Shown here: piece by piece, positions 8,095 to 17,716 of the stretch | Position numbering within the stretch: position 1 is the stretch's first letter | Layout of the letters: every line of letters begins with the position of its first letter | Virus record (IMG/VR): IMGVR_UViG_3300033148_004574 | Coordinates: 1 to 55,761 of that record | Strand: one strand, 5' to 3' | From: a virus | Taxonomy: Duplodnaviria > Caudoviricetes | Length of the DNA stretch: 55,761 nucleotides | Made by a program: the position numbers and the translations under genes | The notes under the pieces: model-generated | Seen by the model: the letters and a program-made list of their open reading frames with translations, nothing else | What the model was told of the DNA's origin: nothing | Databases searched by the model: none

Positions 8095-8487
8095 GTGACT
8101 GACCACGCCGATGACCTGGTACGGTATGGCCCCGACGCCGTTGCTACGCGCGTGATCCAACGCCAGGGTGGCGCGTTAGAGTGGTTGGGGGCGGACGCGA
8201 TGATTACTGACTTCTACGCTCAGCCGCCAGCCGAGGCAGAAGAGTACGGAGGGCCGGTCATCGTTGAGAGTGTGGAAGAGATGGCCGTGCCTGTAGTTGA
8301 CGTTGGCAGGGATGCCAGTAGCGAGACGACGGCCATGTGGCAGCCCGAGGCAGACGACACCATGAGCTTGCCCGAGGGATACGTGCAGGACGCGGTGGAG
8401 CGGGTGCTTGCGCCCAGCAGGGCCGTCGTGATCAAGGAGGTTCTGCGCGAGGACGCGGAGCTGTGGCAGAGGCTGGCGGATGCCTAA
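8095..8487 (+). CDS. Hypothetical protein with antitoxin-like C-terminus
   Basis: SD GGAGGT; ends EVLREDAELWQRLADA. Confidence 0.5.
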   Translation: MTDHADDLVRYGPDAVATRVIQRQGGALEWLGADAMITDFYAQPPAEAEEYGGPVIVESVEEMAVPVVDVGRDASSETTAMWQPEADDTMSLPEGYVQDAVERVLAPSRAVVIKEVLREDAELWQRLADA

Positions 8488-8546
8488 GCGGCTGGTTGCC
8501 GCATTGCGGCGGCGCGCTCGGTTCTTGCGGGCGCGGTGACGCTGGC

Positions 8547-8855
8547 ATGACCCATGCCCAGCTTTGGCTTGCGGTGCTGGAGCGCGACGACAGGACGTGC
8601 CAGGATTGCGGCTGTTATGCGGTCGAGACGCACCACATTGTTGGCAGGCGACGCGAGGGCGCATGGGACGTGCGCAACATGATCACGCTGTGCCCAATGT
8701 GCCATCGTGGCCGCGACAAGGGCGCCGGCGCGCACACACACGCGGCGCGGCTGCGGCACATCGCGTTGCTGCGGGCCAAGCATGGGTACGACTACAGCGA
8801 CATGGGCGGGCGGTGGACGGAACTGGTGAGGGAGCTTGGCGAAACAAATCACTGA
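8547..8855 (+). CDS. HNH endonuclease (packaging-associated)
   Basis: VLERDDRTCQDCG...ETHHIVGR...NMITLCPMCH. Confidence 0.85.
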   Translation: MTHAQLWLAVLERDDRTCQDCGCYAVETHHIVGRRREGAWDVRNMITLCPMCHRGRDKGAGAHTHAARLRHIALLRAKHGYDYSDMGGRWTELVRELGETNH

Positions 8856-10128
8856 TATCGCGGACCTGACACCCGACGCGAAGAACGCCAACCGGGGCAC
8901 AGAGCGCGGGCGGTATATGATCGAGCAGAGCCTCCGCAAGCTGGGCGCTGGTCGGTCCATCGTCGTTGACGCTGACGGCCAAGTGGTTGCGGGCAACAAG
9001 ACGCTGGAAGCCGCCGCCGAGCTGGACCTGCCGGTGCGTGTGGTGCGGACCAACGGCCAGGAGTTGGTAGTCGTCCAGCGCGAGGACTGGCACCTCGACG
9101 CGGACGGCCCGGCGAGAGAGTACGCCTACGCCGACAACAGAGCGAGTGAGATTGGCCTGGACTGGGATCCCGCGCAGGTGGCGTTGGACCTTGACGCCGG
9201 CCTGGACCTGTCGGACATGTTCCGCGAGGACGAGCTGCAAGCGGTGCTGGAGCAGGCGGCGAATGAGATGCTTGCGGCGGATGGTGCCGAAGCACCGGAG
9301 CCACAGATCGACAAGGCCGCCGAGTTGCAGGAGAAGTGGCAGATCGAGCGTGGGCAGATATGGGAGATCCCGAGCAAGACCGTCAACGGCAGATGTCATC
9401 GTGTTATGTGCGGCGACAGCACAAGCGCAGATGATGTGGCGCGGTTGTATGGCGATGCCCGTCTCTCTGTTGTGTGGACTGATCCGCCATATGGTGTGAG
9501 CTATGGCAAAAAGAACCGCTATCTCCAAACGATCGGTCGGGCCGATCGTTTGCTTGGCGATATCGAGGGTGATGACCTGAAGCCCGAGCAGGTTTTTGTG
9601 TTAGTGCGCGATGCGTTGGCCGCGCTGGCGACGCTCGCGGTGCCGGGCGCGGTGGCATATGTAGCGGCCCCGCCGGGGCCGCTACACCGCTTCTTCATCG
9701 ATGCCATGAATGCGTCGGGCTTCCAGTATCGGCACCAGCTCATTTGGTTGAAAAACCAGCTAGTCTTTGGGCGCAGCGATTACATGTACAAGCATGAGCC
9801 GATCTTGTATGGCTGGCTGCAGAATGGGGCGCATTTCTTCGAGCCGCGAACCAGCAACTGCTCGGTGTTTGAGTTTGACCGGCCTCGGGCCTCAAAGATG
9901 CATCCGACCGAGAAGCCGGTGGAGCTGGTCGCTGCGATGATTCAGAATAGCTGTCAGCCCGGAGATACTGTGGGCGAGGCTTTTGCGGGTAGCGGGACGG
10001 ATTTCGTTGCTGCTGAGCGGACGGGTCGCCTTTGCTATGGCATGGAGATTGAGCCGAAGTACGTTGCCGTCACGCTCCAGCGGCTTGTCGATATGGCCCT
10101 AGAGCCTCGGTTGGCGGGGACGAGCTGA
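8836..10128 (+). CDS. ParB-like N-domain + N6/N4 DNA methyltransferase
   Basis: LTPDAKNAN...GRSIVVD...AGN...YADNR; TDPPYGV; HPTEKPVEL; FAGSGT; GMEIEPKY. Confidence 0.88.
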   Translation: MAKQITDIADLTPDAKNANRGTERGRYMIEQSLRKLGAGRSIVVDADGQVVAGNKTLEAAAELDLPVRVVRTNGQELVVVQREDWHLDADGPAREYAYADNRASEIGLDWDPAQVALDLDAGLDLSDMFREDELQAVLEQAANEMLAADGAEAPEPQIDKAAELQEKWQIERGQIWEIPSKTVNGRCHRVMCGDSTSADDVARLYGDARLSVVWTDPPYGVSYGKKNRYLQTIGRADRLLGDIEGDDLKPEQVFVLVRDALAALATLAVPGAVAYVAAPPGPLHRFFIDAMNASGFQYRHQLIWLKNQLVFGRSDYMYKHEPILYGWLQNGAHFFEPRTSNCSVFEFDRPRASKMHPTEKPVELVAAMIQNSCQPGDTVGEAFAGSGTDFVAAERTGRLCYGMEIEPKYVAVTLQRLVDMALEPRLAGTS

Positions 10129-10130
10129 AT

Positions 10131-10631
10131 GTGGTCAGGCAAGGCACGCACGAAACACTTGACACACTTGGCCCAACTATGGACGCCTTTTGCGAGGCAC
10201 TGCGCAAGTGGGGCATCGTGCGGCATGCCTGCGAGCAGGCCAAGATCGGGCGGACGACCGCCTACCGTTGGCGCAAGAAGTACAAGACTTTTGCCGACCG
10301 ATGGGACGACGCGCTGGAAGACGCGACCGACAGTTTGGAGATGATCGCGCGGGCGCGGGCGGTGCGCAAGGTCAACCCGAGCGACCGGCTGCTGGTGCTG
10401 CTGCTGAAGGCGCATAGGCCGGAGAAGTTCGGCGACACGCAGCGACACGAGCACACAGGCAAGGACGGCGGGCCAATTGAGGCGAAGGTAACAATAAGTG
10501 CCGAGGAGCGAGACCGAGCGATTGCTGCGCTCGCAGAGTACATTGAGAGCGGGCTATGCAAGCGCAATGATGAGGCGGACGGCGCTTTGGGTGCCACAGA
10601 GCGCGGCGCAGTGGGCGGGCTATCTGAGTAA
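10131..10631 (+). CDS. Terminase small subunit
   Basis: HTH ACEQAKIGRTTAYRWR; SDRLLVLLLKAHRPEKF; EHTGKDGGPI. Confidence 0.8.
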   Translation: MVRQGTHETLDTLGPTMDAFCEALRKWGIVRHACEQAKIGRTTAYRWRKKYKTFADRWDDALEDATDSLEMIARARAVRKVNPSDRLLVLLLKAHRPEKFGDTQRHEHTGKDGGPIEAKVTISAEERDRAIAALAEYIESGLCKRNDEADGALGATERGAVGGLSE

Positions 10632-11967
10632 GGCCGACGAGCTGTTCTACGGCGGCGCGGCTGGTGGGGGAAAGAGCGATCTCCTGCTGGGCCTAGCCGC
10701 AACTGCGCACCGGCGCAGCATCATCTTTCGGCGCGAGTACCCGCAACTGATGGGGATCATAGACCGGGGGAAGCAGATCATCACGGCCGAGTACGGGACA
10801 TATAACGGTCAGGATCACGTTTGGCGGATGAAAGACGGCCGCCAGATCGAGCTTGGCGCCGTGCAGTATGAGGGCGACGTGCAGAAATACCAGGGGCGGC
10901 CGCACGATTTGGTAGCATTCGATGAGGGTCCGCAGTTCACCGAGGCGCAGTACAGGTTTCTCAATGGATGGAAGCGTACCGAAGACCCGAACCAGCGAAC
11001 GCGGACGGTGTTGACAGGCAATCCGCCGGTGACGGCAGAGGGGCGCTGGGTGATCGATTATTGGGCGCCGTGGCTAGACCCAGCGCACGACAACCCAGCG
11101 CTGCCGGGCGAGCTACGATGGTTCGCGGTGCTTGGGGGTGAGGACGTAGAGGTAGACGGGCCGGAGCCGATCGTACACGACGGCGAGACGATCCACCCCA
11201 AGAGCAGGACGTTCATCCCGGCGCGCGTCGAGGACAACCCGTTCTATATGGCCACAGGATACAAGAGCCAGCTCCAGGCGTTGCCGGAGCCGCTGCGGAG
11301 TGCACTGCTGCATGGTGACTTTCGTGTTGCTGTTGAGGACGACCCGTGGCAGATCATCCCGCGCGCGTGGGTGCGGGCGGCGATGGATCGCTGGCAGGAT
11401 GGGCCGGTGGGGCCGATGACGGCGTTGGGCGTAGACGTGGCGCGCGGAGGCAGGGACAGAACGGTGCTGGTCGCACGACATGGGCAGTGGTTCGCGCCGT
11501 TACGAGTGTATCCGGGCAGTAGGACGCCCGACGGGCCGGCGGTGGCGGCGCTAGTGACGGGTGCCGTAGGCGATGCCAACCCGGTGGTCAACGTTGACGT
11601 GATTGGTGTGGGAGCGTCGGTTTACGATCACCTGCGTGACAGGTTCGACACGGTAGGGGTGAACTTTGGTGAGGGGAGCGATGAACTAGACCGCTCGGGC
11701 CGGCTGACATTTGCCAATGTGCGCGCACAGGCATACTGGCAGATGCGTGAGGCGCTGGACCCGGCGAATGGTGCGGAGATCGCGCTGCCGGACGATCCGG
11801 CGCTCTTGGCGGAGCTTTGCACGCCACGCTGGACGATGCGCGCGCGGGGGATTCAGGTGGAGAGCAAGGTCGAGATAGTGAAGCGCACGGGCCGATCGCC
11901 GGACCTTGCAGACGCCGTTGTGCTGGCGTTGCTGCCCACGGCTACGGCCTCAATTATCCTCATATGA
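10567..11967 (+). CDS. terL: Terminase large subunit (start uncertain)
   Basis: Walker A YGGAAGGGKS; Walker B VAFDEG; TGNP; nuclease LGVDVARGGRD...SPDLADA. Confidence 0.92.
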   Translation: MMRRTALWVPQSAAQWAGYLSKADELFYGGAAGGGKSDLLLGLAATAHRRSIIFRREYPQLMGIIDRGKQIITAEYGTYNGQDHVWRMKDGRQIELGAVQYEGDVQKYQGRPHDLVAFDEGPQFTEAQYRFLNGWKRTEDPNQRTRTVLTGNPPVTAEGRWVIDYWAPWLDPAHDNPALPGELRWFAVLGGEDVEVDGPEPIVHDGETIHPKSRTFIPARVEDNPFYMATGYKSQLQALPEPLRSALLHGDFRVAVEDDPWQIIPRAWVRAAMDRWQDGPVGPMTALGVDVARGGRDRTVLVARHGQWFAPLRVYPGSRTPDGPAVAALVTGAVGDANPVVNVDVIGVGASVYDHLRDRFDTVGVNFGEGSDELDRSGRLTFANVRAQAYWQMREALDPANGAEIALPDDPALLAELCTPRWTMRARGIQVESKVEIVKRTGRSPDLADAVVLALLPTATASIILI

Positions 11968-14030
11968 TGATGAATAAAGCTCTCCGAGATACGTATGTCG
12001 CCGGCGGCGTGACCGAGAAGGCCATGTCGTTGGACCAGTTGGATGCGCAGATCAGGCAGCAGTCGGCGGAGAAGACCGAAGCACACGCCTATGGTGCTGT
12101 GCCCTACGTCTGGCGCGCTATGCGACTGCGCTGCAATGCGCTCGCTGGCCTTCCGTGGTCGCTGTACAACGACGCTGGTGAGGAGGTCGATCACCCATGG
12201 GATCTTGACTTCTCCTGGTTGTTGTGGCGTACCGAGGCAGCGCTGTGCCTGGCCGGGGCGTCGTACTGGCGCAAGTACAAGGTCAAGCCCTTCCTGCAAT
12301 GGCTCAACCCGTTCACGATGACGGTGGAGCCGGCGCCGAATGTGCGCGTTGCGCCTGACGGCGTGGCGGGGTTCACGCAGCGCGTGAAGGCCGAAGAGGT
12401 CAAGTTCCGGCGTGACCAGGTGGTATATGTGCCACTGTTTGACCCGCGCGACGACATTGGCGCGGGCGTGGCGCCAGTGCAGGTGGCGCTCAATGCGGCT
12501 GGGGTCGCGGAGAATGTGACGACTTGGGCCAGCCAGTTCTTTGAGAAGGGTGCGATCCCATACTTTGTGCTTACGACCGAGGGACGGATCAACGACGCGG
12601 ACCAGAAGCGCGTGCGCGACTTCTGGGATCGGCTGTTCGGCGGCGTGCGCAGGATGTGGAAGACCGCCGTGTTGCAGAACGGTCTCAAGCCCACCACCAT
12701 CGGTCATCCGGTCAAAGAGCTAGCCATGACAGAGCTGGATGACCAGGTGCTGCGCAAGATCGCGGCGGCACTGGAAGTGCCGTTGACGATGGTCAACCAG
12801 TCGGCAGCTAACTATGCCACGGCTAAGGCTGACCGGCAGAGCTTCTACTATGAGACCGTGTTCCCCGAGGCGCGGCGCATCGAGTCAGCGACCAACGCAC
12901 AGCTCTGGAGCGACATGGGCCTGCGGTTCGAGTTCAAGTATGGGGACGTTGAGGCGGTCCAGCAGGACGAGGCAGAGAAAGCCGGCGGGATCACGCAATT
13001 GATGGACCAAGCGCTGGCACAGCACACCTCGGGCATTCTGGCGCGCAATCAGGCGCAGTACATCGTAACCTCGCTTTGGGGGCAGATGGGACTCGATCTT
13101 GAGGACGTGCCGGCGATCCCCGACGACGAGGAAGAGGAAGAGTCAGGCGAGACGGAGCTGGCCGAGAATCTGGAACAGGAAGAGCCGGATGACGAGACGC
13201 CCGACACCGAGGAGATGATCGGTGAGCTACGCAAGTGGCGGCGCAAGGTGCGCAATCGCGGCGCAGGCTGCGAGTTTGCGAGCGAAGCTATTCCTGGCTG
13301 GGTCAAGACGGCCGTGGCGCAGCGGTTGGCGCTGGATGCCGATACGGCCTTTGACCCGTGGCTGAAGGCCGATGCGCTTCAAGTCTCGCTTGAGGATCGG
13401 CTGCGTGAGGTGCTGAATACTATCTATGCCAGCCATCTGCCGCGGATCATACGCGCGGTGTTACAGCAGGAGCGGCCGGATATGGAGCCCGTGTATTTGG
13501 CGACGCGCAGTGCGATTATCCCGCTCTATCAGGAAGCGATCATCAACGCCACGCTGGAGCAGGCGTCGGCCATGGGCTACGGCGTAGACTATGACGACCT
13601 GATGACCGACGCCGCGCAGTGGGCCAGCAACAACGCGGCCCGGCTAGTACGGCAGATCAGCGAGACGGATCGCAAGCATCTCCAGAAGATCATCACGCAA
13701 CTGGCCAACGGCGAGATTGATAATGATGCGGCCCAGGCGCTGCTGGCCACGGTGTTCGGCAAGACACGCGCCGACATGATCACGACAACGGAGATCACCC
13801 AGGCGCTACACGAGGCATCGGTGCAATTGCAGGATCGGCTCGCGGTGCAAGGGGTCAAGACGGTGATCCGCTGGCTGACAGCTGAGGACGAACGGGTGTG
13901 CCCAATCTGCGAGCCGTTGGATCACACGACGGAAGCGGTGTGGGCGGCGGAGTTCCCCGATGGGCCACCGGCGCATGTCCGGTGCCGGTGCCGAACGGTT
14001 GTGGAGGTGGCCCGTGAGCATGATCGTTAG
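11964..14030 (+). CDS. Portal protein fused to MuF/SPP1-gp7-like head morphogenesis domain
   Basis: HK97-type portal motifs (FFEKGAIP, IAAALEVP, ANYATA) then RADMITTTE...WLTAEDERVCPICEPL...PPAHVRCRC. Confidence 0.85.
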   Translation: MMMNKALRDTYVAGGVTEKAMSLDQLDAQIRQQSAEKTEAHAYGAVPYVWRAMRLRCNALAGLPWSLYNDAGEEVDHPWDLDFSWLLWRTEAALCLAGASYWRKYKVKPFLQWLNPFTMTVEPAPNVRVAPDGVAGFTQRVKAEEVKFRRDQVVYVPLFDPRDDIGAGVAPVQVALNAAGVAENVTTWASQFFEKGAIPYFVLTTEGRINDADQKRVRDFWDRLFGGVRRMWKTAVLQNGLKPTTIGHPVKELAMTELDDQVLRKIAAALEVPLTMVNQSAANYATAKADRQSFYYETVFPEARRIESATNAQLWSDMGLRFEFKYGDVEAVQQDEAEKAGGITQLMDQALAQHTSGILARNQAQYIVTSLWGQMGLDLEDVPAIPDDEEEEESGETELAENLEQEEPDDETPDTEEMIGELRKWRRKVRNRGAGCEFASEAIPGWVKTAVAQRLALDADTAFDPWLKADALQVSLEDRLREVLNTIYASHLPRIIRAVLQQERPDMEPVYLATRSAIIPLYQEAIINATLEQASAMGYGVDYDDLMTDAAQWASNNAARLVRQISETDRKHLQKIITQLANGEIDNDAAQALLATVFGKTRADMITTTEITQALHEASVQLQDRLAVQGVKTVIRWLTAEDERVCPICEPLDHTTEAVWAAEFPDGPPAHVRCRCRTVVEVAREHDR

Positions 14031-14490
14031 GCTCCACGTCGAGGGGCTGGGCCAGTTCGCCGCGCTGACCTCCGCGGCGGTGCAGCGTGCGGCCAGGCGC
14101 GCGGTAGACCAGGTTGCTCAGATTGTTCAAGACAAGATGGCCGTCTACCCGCCCGAGGGCGACTACAACCGGCCTGGCCCGTATCCGAAGCGGTGGTATC
14201 AGCGACATTGGGGACCACGCTGGGCGCGCGCCGATGGCACTGTGGGCGGGCGCAACACGTCGCAGATGCTACAGAAGCACTGGCGGAATCAATGGATTGC
14301 GCCCCTGACGCGCAAGGTTTTCAACACCGTCACATATGCGCCATATGTGCAGGCGGCGGAGCACCAGACGACGACTCACAGGCGGCATGGATGGCAGACG
14401 GATGAGGACGTGGCGAACGAGTTGGAGCGGGGCATAGAGGTGGATCAGATCATCAGCCGCGAGCTAGACAAGGAGTTGATGCTACTGTGA
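14014..14490 (+). CDS. HK97 gp10-like neck/tail-completion protein
   Basis: SQMLQKHW...VFNTVTYAPYVQ...HRRHGWQT; position in the head module. Confidence 0.55.
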   Translation: MSMIVRLHVEGLGQFAALTSAAVQRAARRAVDQVAQIVQDKMAVYPPEGDYNRPGPYPKRWYQRHWGPRWARADGTVGGRNTSQMLQKHWRNQWIAPLTRKVFNTVTYAPYVQAAEHQTTTHRRHGWQTDEDVANELERGIEVDQIISRELDKELMLL

Positions 14491-14622
14491 ATGACGCCGA
14501 CCGCGCGCTGCTACTGGCTCGGCGCCAAGCGCTGCTGATCGAGTTGGGGGCCATCGAGGATCGGCTCGGGATGCCGCGGAGCGTAGTGCCGAAGCACAAG
14601 CGAGACAGAAAGGGCACCGATA

Positions 14623-14802
14623 ATGCCAAGACGTGACGGAACAGGACCGAATGGACAAGGACCGCTGACGGGCCGTGGGCTGGGGCCATGTGCCTCTGGG
14701 CCGATTGTACGCCAACCGATGCGTTTTGGACGCGGGGACCGGCGGCAGTGGCCGCGCTGGGGCATGGGGCGACGCAGATCACCCAGGGGGTGGTGGCGGT
14801 GA
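14623..14802 (+). CDS. DUF5320-like small Gly/Arg-rich protein
   Basis: MPRRDGTGPNGQGPLTGRGLGPC signature; 59 aa, absent from the supplied ORF track. Confidence 0.65.
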   Translation: MPRRDGTGPNGQGPLTGRGLGPCASGPIVRQPMRFGRGDRRQWPRWGMGRRRSPRGWWR

Positions 14803-14996
14803 TGGGTGAGTGCGGCGTGACCCGCGAGATGCTGGCGGGGTCCGAGCGATACGCGTTGATGGTGCAATGGGCAGAGAATCTACACGCCATACGCGCGGCG
14901 CTAGGCGCAGGCTTTCAGTTCCTGACCTCCCGTGCTTTTGAGTGTCTGTTCATGGAAACAGAGTTCACGACGGACACGGTACGGGAGATGGGATAG
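14802..14996 (+). CDS. Hypothetical protein
   Basis: TGATG coupling to the upstream ORF. Confidence 0.4.
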   Translation: MGECGVTREMLAGSERYALMVQWAENLHAIRAALGAGFQFLTSRAFECLFMETEFTTDTVREMG

Positions 14997-15074
14997 CACG
15001 ATAGCGCGTGGGATGGTCTAGCCGGTTCGACTCCGGCACCGCGCACTGATAACTGAATAAGCCACCGGGAAACC

Positions 15075-15135
15075 AGCGGCGCTTTTTCTGGGACAGCGGA
15101 CAACCACCGTCCTGGGGAGAGCGCCGCTTTTTGTT
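15075..15135 (+). terminator. Long hairpin + U-tract upstream of the capsid gene
   Basis: AGCGGCGCT...AGCGCCGCT followed by TTTTGTTT. Confidence 0.55.
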
Positions 15136-15165
15136 TGCCGAGGATAGTGACGACGAGGGATAGCT

Positions 15166-17244
15166 ATGCCCTACCAGATTGTATCACAAGAGGATGAGTT
15201 CTGCATTTACAAAGAGGATACTGAAGGCCAGCCAGCGGGCGAGGCCATAGCCTGCCATGAGACGCGGGAGGCGGCCGAGGAACAGATGGCCGCGTTGTAT
15301 GCCGCTGAGGAAGACGACGACACCAAGATGGTTGGCTGGGGCGGCAAGGTCAAGGCGTTGGGGGGTGGTCGCATCGGTGGCCAGCTCGTGCGCTATGGCA
15401 GCCCCGAGGACCGGGACCTGGAGGGCGAGTATTTCACCGCCGAGACCTACTACGGCCCGCATAAGGGGGATGGTGCTGATGTGCTGGTGCATCATGGCCA
15501 TCCGATCATCCCCGGCGAGGCGGGCAGAGAGCTCGCCGATCGCCTGCTGACACCAATGAAGGTGACCGAGAATGACCTTGGCCTTTGGGCCGAGACAGTG
15601 CTCGACATGGCCGACAGCTATGAGCGCATGGTCTACGGCATGGTGGAGCGGGGCAAGATGGGTTGGTCCAGTGCAACGGCGGGCCATCTGTACAAAGCCA
15701 CAGACGAAGGCGCGATCATACGTTGGCCCATCATCGAGGGTAGTTTGACGCCGACGCCAGCAGAGCCGCGTAACAGCGCGATGACTCTGAAGGCATACAT
15801 GCTCGAAACGGAAGAGGCGATCAAGGCGCTAGCGGCAGAGGACGTATCCAGGGATACGTCGCCCGGCGAGATAGCCGAACCGGTAAGGGCAAACCCCAGC
15901 GAGAAAGCAAGCAAACGATATGGAGGCAACACCATGTTGAAGGTATTTGAATCTGGCGGCCAGTTCCACGTCTGTGAGGTGGACGAGGCCGGTGAGCCGC
16001 AGGGGGTCCCGGTGCGCAGCTACGATAACGACCGGGATGCCTACTATCACGCAGGATCGGGCAAGGCGGTGTCTGCCGAGCCAGCCCCCGAGCCAGAACC
16101 CGTGATGGACCCCGACATCGTGGCGCAAAAGGCCGTAGACGCGGCTATGGAGAAGGTCACTGCCTGGATGCAGGAGATGGCCGAGGATGGCACCGCGGGC
16201 AAGTTCCTGAGCGAGAAACCGCCCGAGAAGGTGGCCGACAAGTACGAGTTCAACGATTTCATCAAGGCCGTGGCGGGGCGGGACATCAAGGCGCTCAAGG
16301 CGATGGGCTCGGTAAAGGTCATGGGCGAGGACGGTTCGAGCGGCAACTTCTTGGTGCCGGTCGAGTTCCGCCCCGACCTGATCCGCACGGCAACCGAGGA
16401 ATCGATCGTGAGACAGCGGGCCTTTGTGGTGCCAGCCACGACCGGGGCGGTGGCGTTCCCCGCGTTGGACATGACTGGCTCAACCGCCGGCCAGCCACAT
16501 ACTACCGGTGGTGTGGTCGCAACGCCGACCGAGACCTCGACCAGCAAGACCGAGACCGAAGCCGATTTCGCGATGATCGAGCTGATCGCCAACGAGATTT
16601 CCGGCATCACCTACGTCAAGAACTCTCTCCTGCACGACAGCCCGATCTCGGTGAGTGTGCTCTTGCAGCGGCTCTTTGGCGAGGCCATCGCCTGGGAAGA
16701 GGACTATCTCTTCCTGCGTGGCACGGGTGCGGGCCAGCCGCTGGGCGTCCTGAACGCTGGCGCATTGCTAACAGTCAACCGTGAGGCGGCCAACAGCATC
16801 GCGTATAAGGATGTGGTACGCATGGCGGCCAAGCTGATGCCTCGTGCTGACCAGGGCGCGGTGTGGGTCTGTAACCGGCTGGGGCTGGAGTTCCTGATGC
16901 AGCTTCAGGACGGCGCGGGGAACATCATCTGGGCACCGAATGCGCGCGACGTAAACGGGCTATCGATGCCGTTGCTGGGCTATCCCGTTCTCTGGTCCGA
17001 GAAGCTCCCGGCGGTGGGCACCACGGGTGACCTGATCTTGTGTAACTTTGGCTGGTACTATATCGCCGACTGTGAGCAGTTGTCGATTGGCAGTTCGGAG
17101 CATTATCTGTTCACGGCGAACCAGACCACGTTCCGTTTCAGTGAGCGCATTGATGGCCAGCCAGCGCTCAAGTCGGCGGTCTACATGGCCGACGGTAGCA
17201 ACCAGGTCAGCCCGTTCGTCGCGCTCAGCTCTACGGTGAGCTAA
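15166..17244 (+). CDS. Prohead protease - scaffold - HK97-fold major capsid fusion
   Basis: Protease RDLEGEYF, HH, GWSSA, IEGSLTPTPAEPR; capsid GNFLVPVEF, GTGAGQPLGVLN, LLGYPVLWSE, FRFSERIDGQP. Confidence 0.9.
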   Translation: MPYQIVSQEDEFCIYKEDTEGQPAGEAIACHETREAAEEQMAALYAAEEDDDTKMVGWGGKVKALGGGRIGGQLVRYGSPEDRDLEGEYFTAETYYGPHKGDGADVLVHHGHPIIPGEAGRELADRLLTPMKVTENDLGLWAETVLDMADSYERMVYGMVERGKMGWSSATAGHLYKATDEGAIIRWPIIEGSLTPTPAEPRNSAMTLKAYMLETEEAIKALAAEDVSRDTSPGEIAEPVRANPSEKASKRYGGNTMLKVFESGGQFHVCEVDEAGEPQGVPVRSYDNDRDAYYHAGSGKAVSAEPAPEPEPVMDPDIVAQKAVDAAMEKVTAWMQEMAEDGTAGKFLSEKPPEKVADKYEFNDFIKAVAGRDIKALKAMGSVKVMGEDGSSGNFLVPVEFRPDLIRTATEESIVRQRAFVVPATTGAVAFPALDMTGSTAGQPHTTGGVVATPTETSTSKTETEADFAMIELIANEISGITYVKNSLLHDSPISVSVLLQRLFGEAIAWEEDYLFLRGTGAGQPLGVLNAGALLTVNREAANSIAYKDVVRMAAKLMPRADQGAVWVCNRLGLEFLMQLQDGAGNIIWAPNARDVNGLSMPLLGYPVLWSEKLPAVGTTGDLILCNFGWYYIADCEQLSIGSSEHYLFTANQTTFRFSERIDGQPALKSAVYMADGSNQVSPFVALSSTVS

Positions 17245-17258
17245 GGAGGTAAGTAGCC

Positions 17259-17702
17259 ATGACCTATAAGGCCAAGCTCTATGAGATCCTGTATCCGCTC
17301 GACGTGATCCACGCCGATAGCGAGGGGGCGGGATCGGTGACTGGCTCGTATGTCTCGATCCGGGACTATGAGCAGATTCTTGCGGTTGTCGACGTTGGTG
17401 ATCTACAAGCCAGCGCGACGTTCGATTTTGCGATCTACCAGGCCACCGACACCAGTGGCACCAGTGCCAAGGCCATCAGCGGCAAGTCGATCACGCAGCT
17501 TACGCAGGCTGATGGTGACGGCGACGACCTGGTGTGCATCAACGTGCGCGCCGAGGAGCTGGACGCGGCAAACAACTTTGACTGTGTACGTATGCAGGCC
17601 ACCGTTGCCAATGCCGCGGTCGAGTTCTCGGCTGTGCTCTACGGATTCAATCCGCGTTACATGCCGACGCCCACGACCAACTGGACGGAGACCGTGAGCT
17701 AG
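17259..17702 (+). CDS. Capsid decoration/head accessory protein
   Basis: Beta-rich ORF directly after the capsid gene; SD AGGAGG. Confidence 0.65.
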   Translation: MTYKAKLYEILYPLDVIHADSEGAGSVTGSYVSIRDYEQILAVVDVGDLQASATFDFAIYQATDTSGTSAKAISGKSITQLTQADGDGDDLVCINVRAEELDAANNFDCVRMQATVANAAVEFSAVLYGFNPRYMPTPTTNWTETVS

Positions 17703-17716
17703 AGGAGCAAGCATCA

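Noticed and set aside
1562-8100. CRISPR array or mini-array serving the csf operon
   Set aside because: No regularly spaced 25-40 nt repeats with unique spacers were seen here or elsewhere by eye; the only repeats are coding or 9-nt tandem units.
8547-8855. IscB/HEARO-type RNA-guided nuclease using the upstream structured RNA
   Set aside because: Only ~100 aa with a bare HNH motif and no RuvC or PLMP domain; it sits at the usual position for a terminase-associated HNH.
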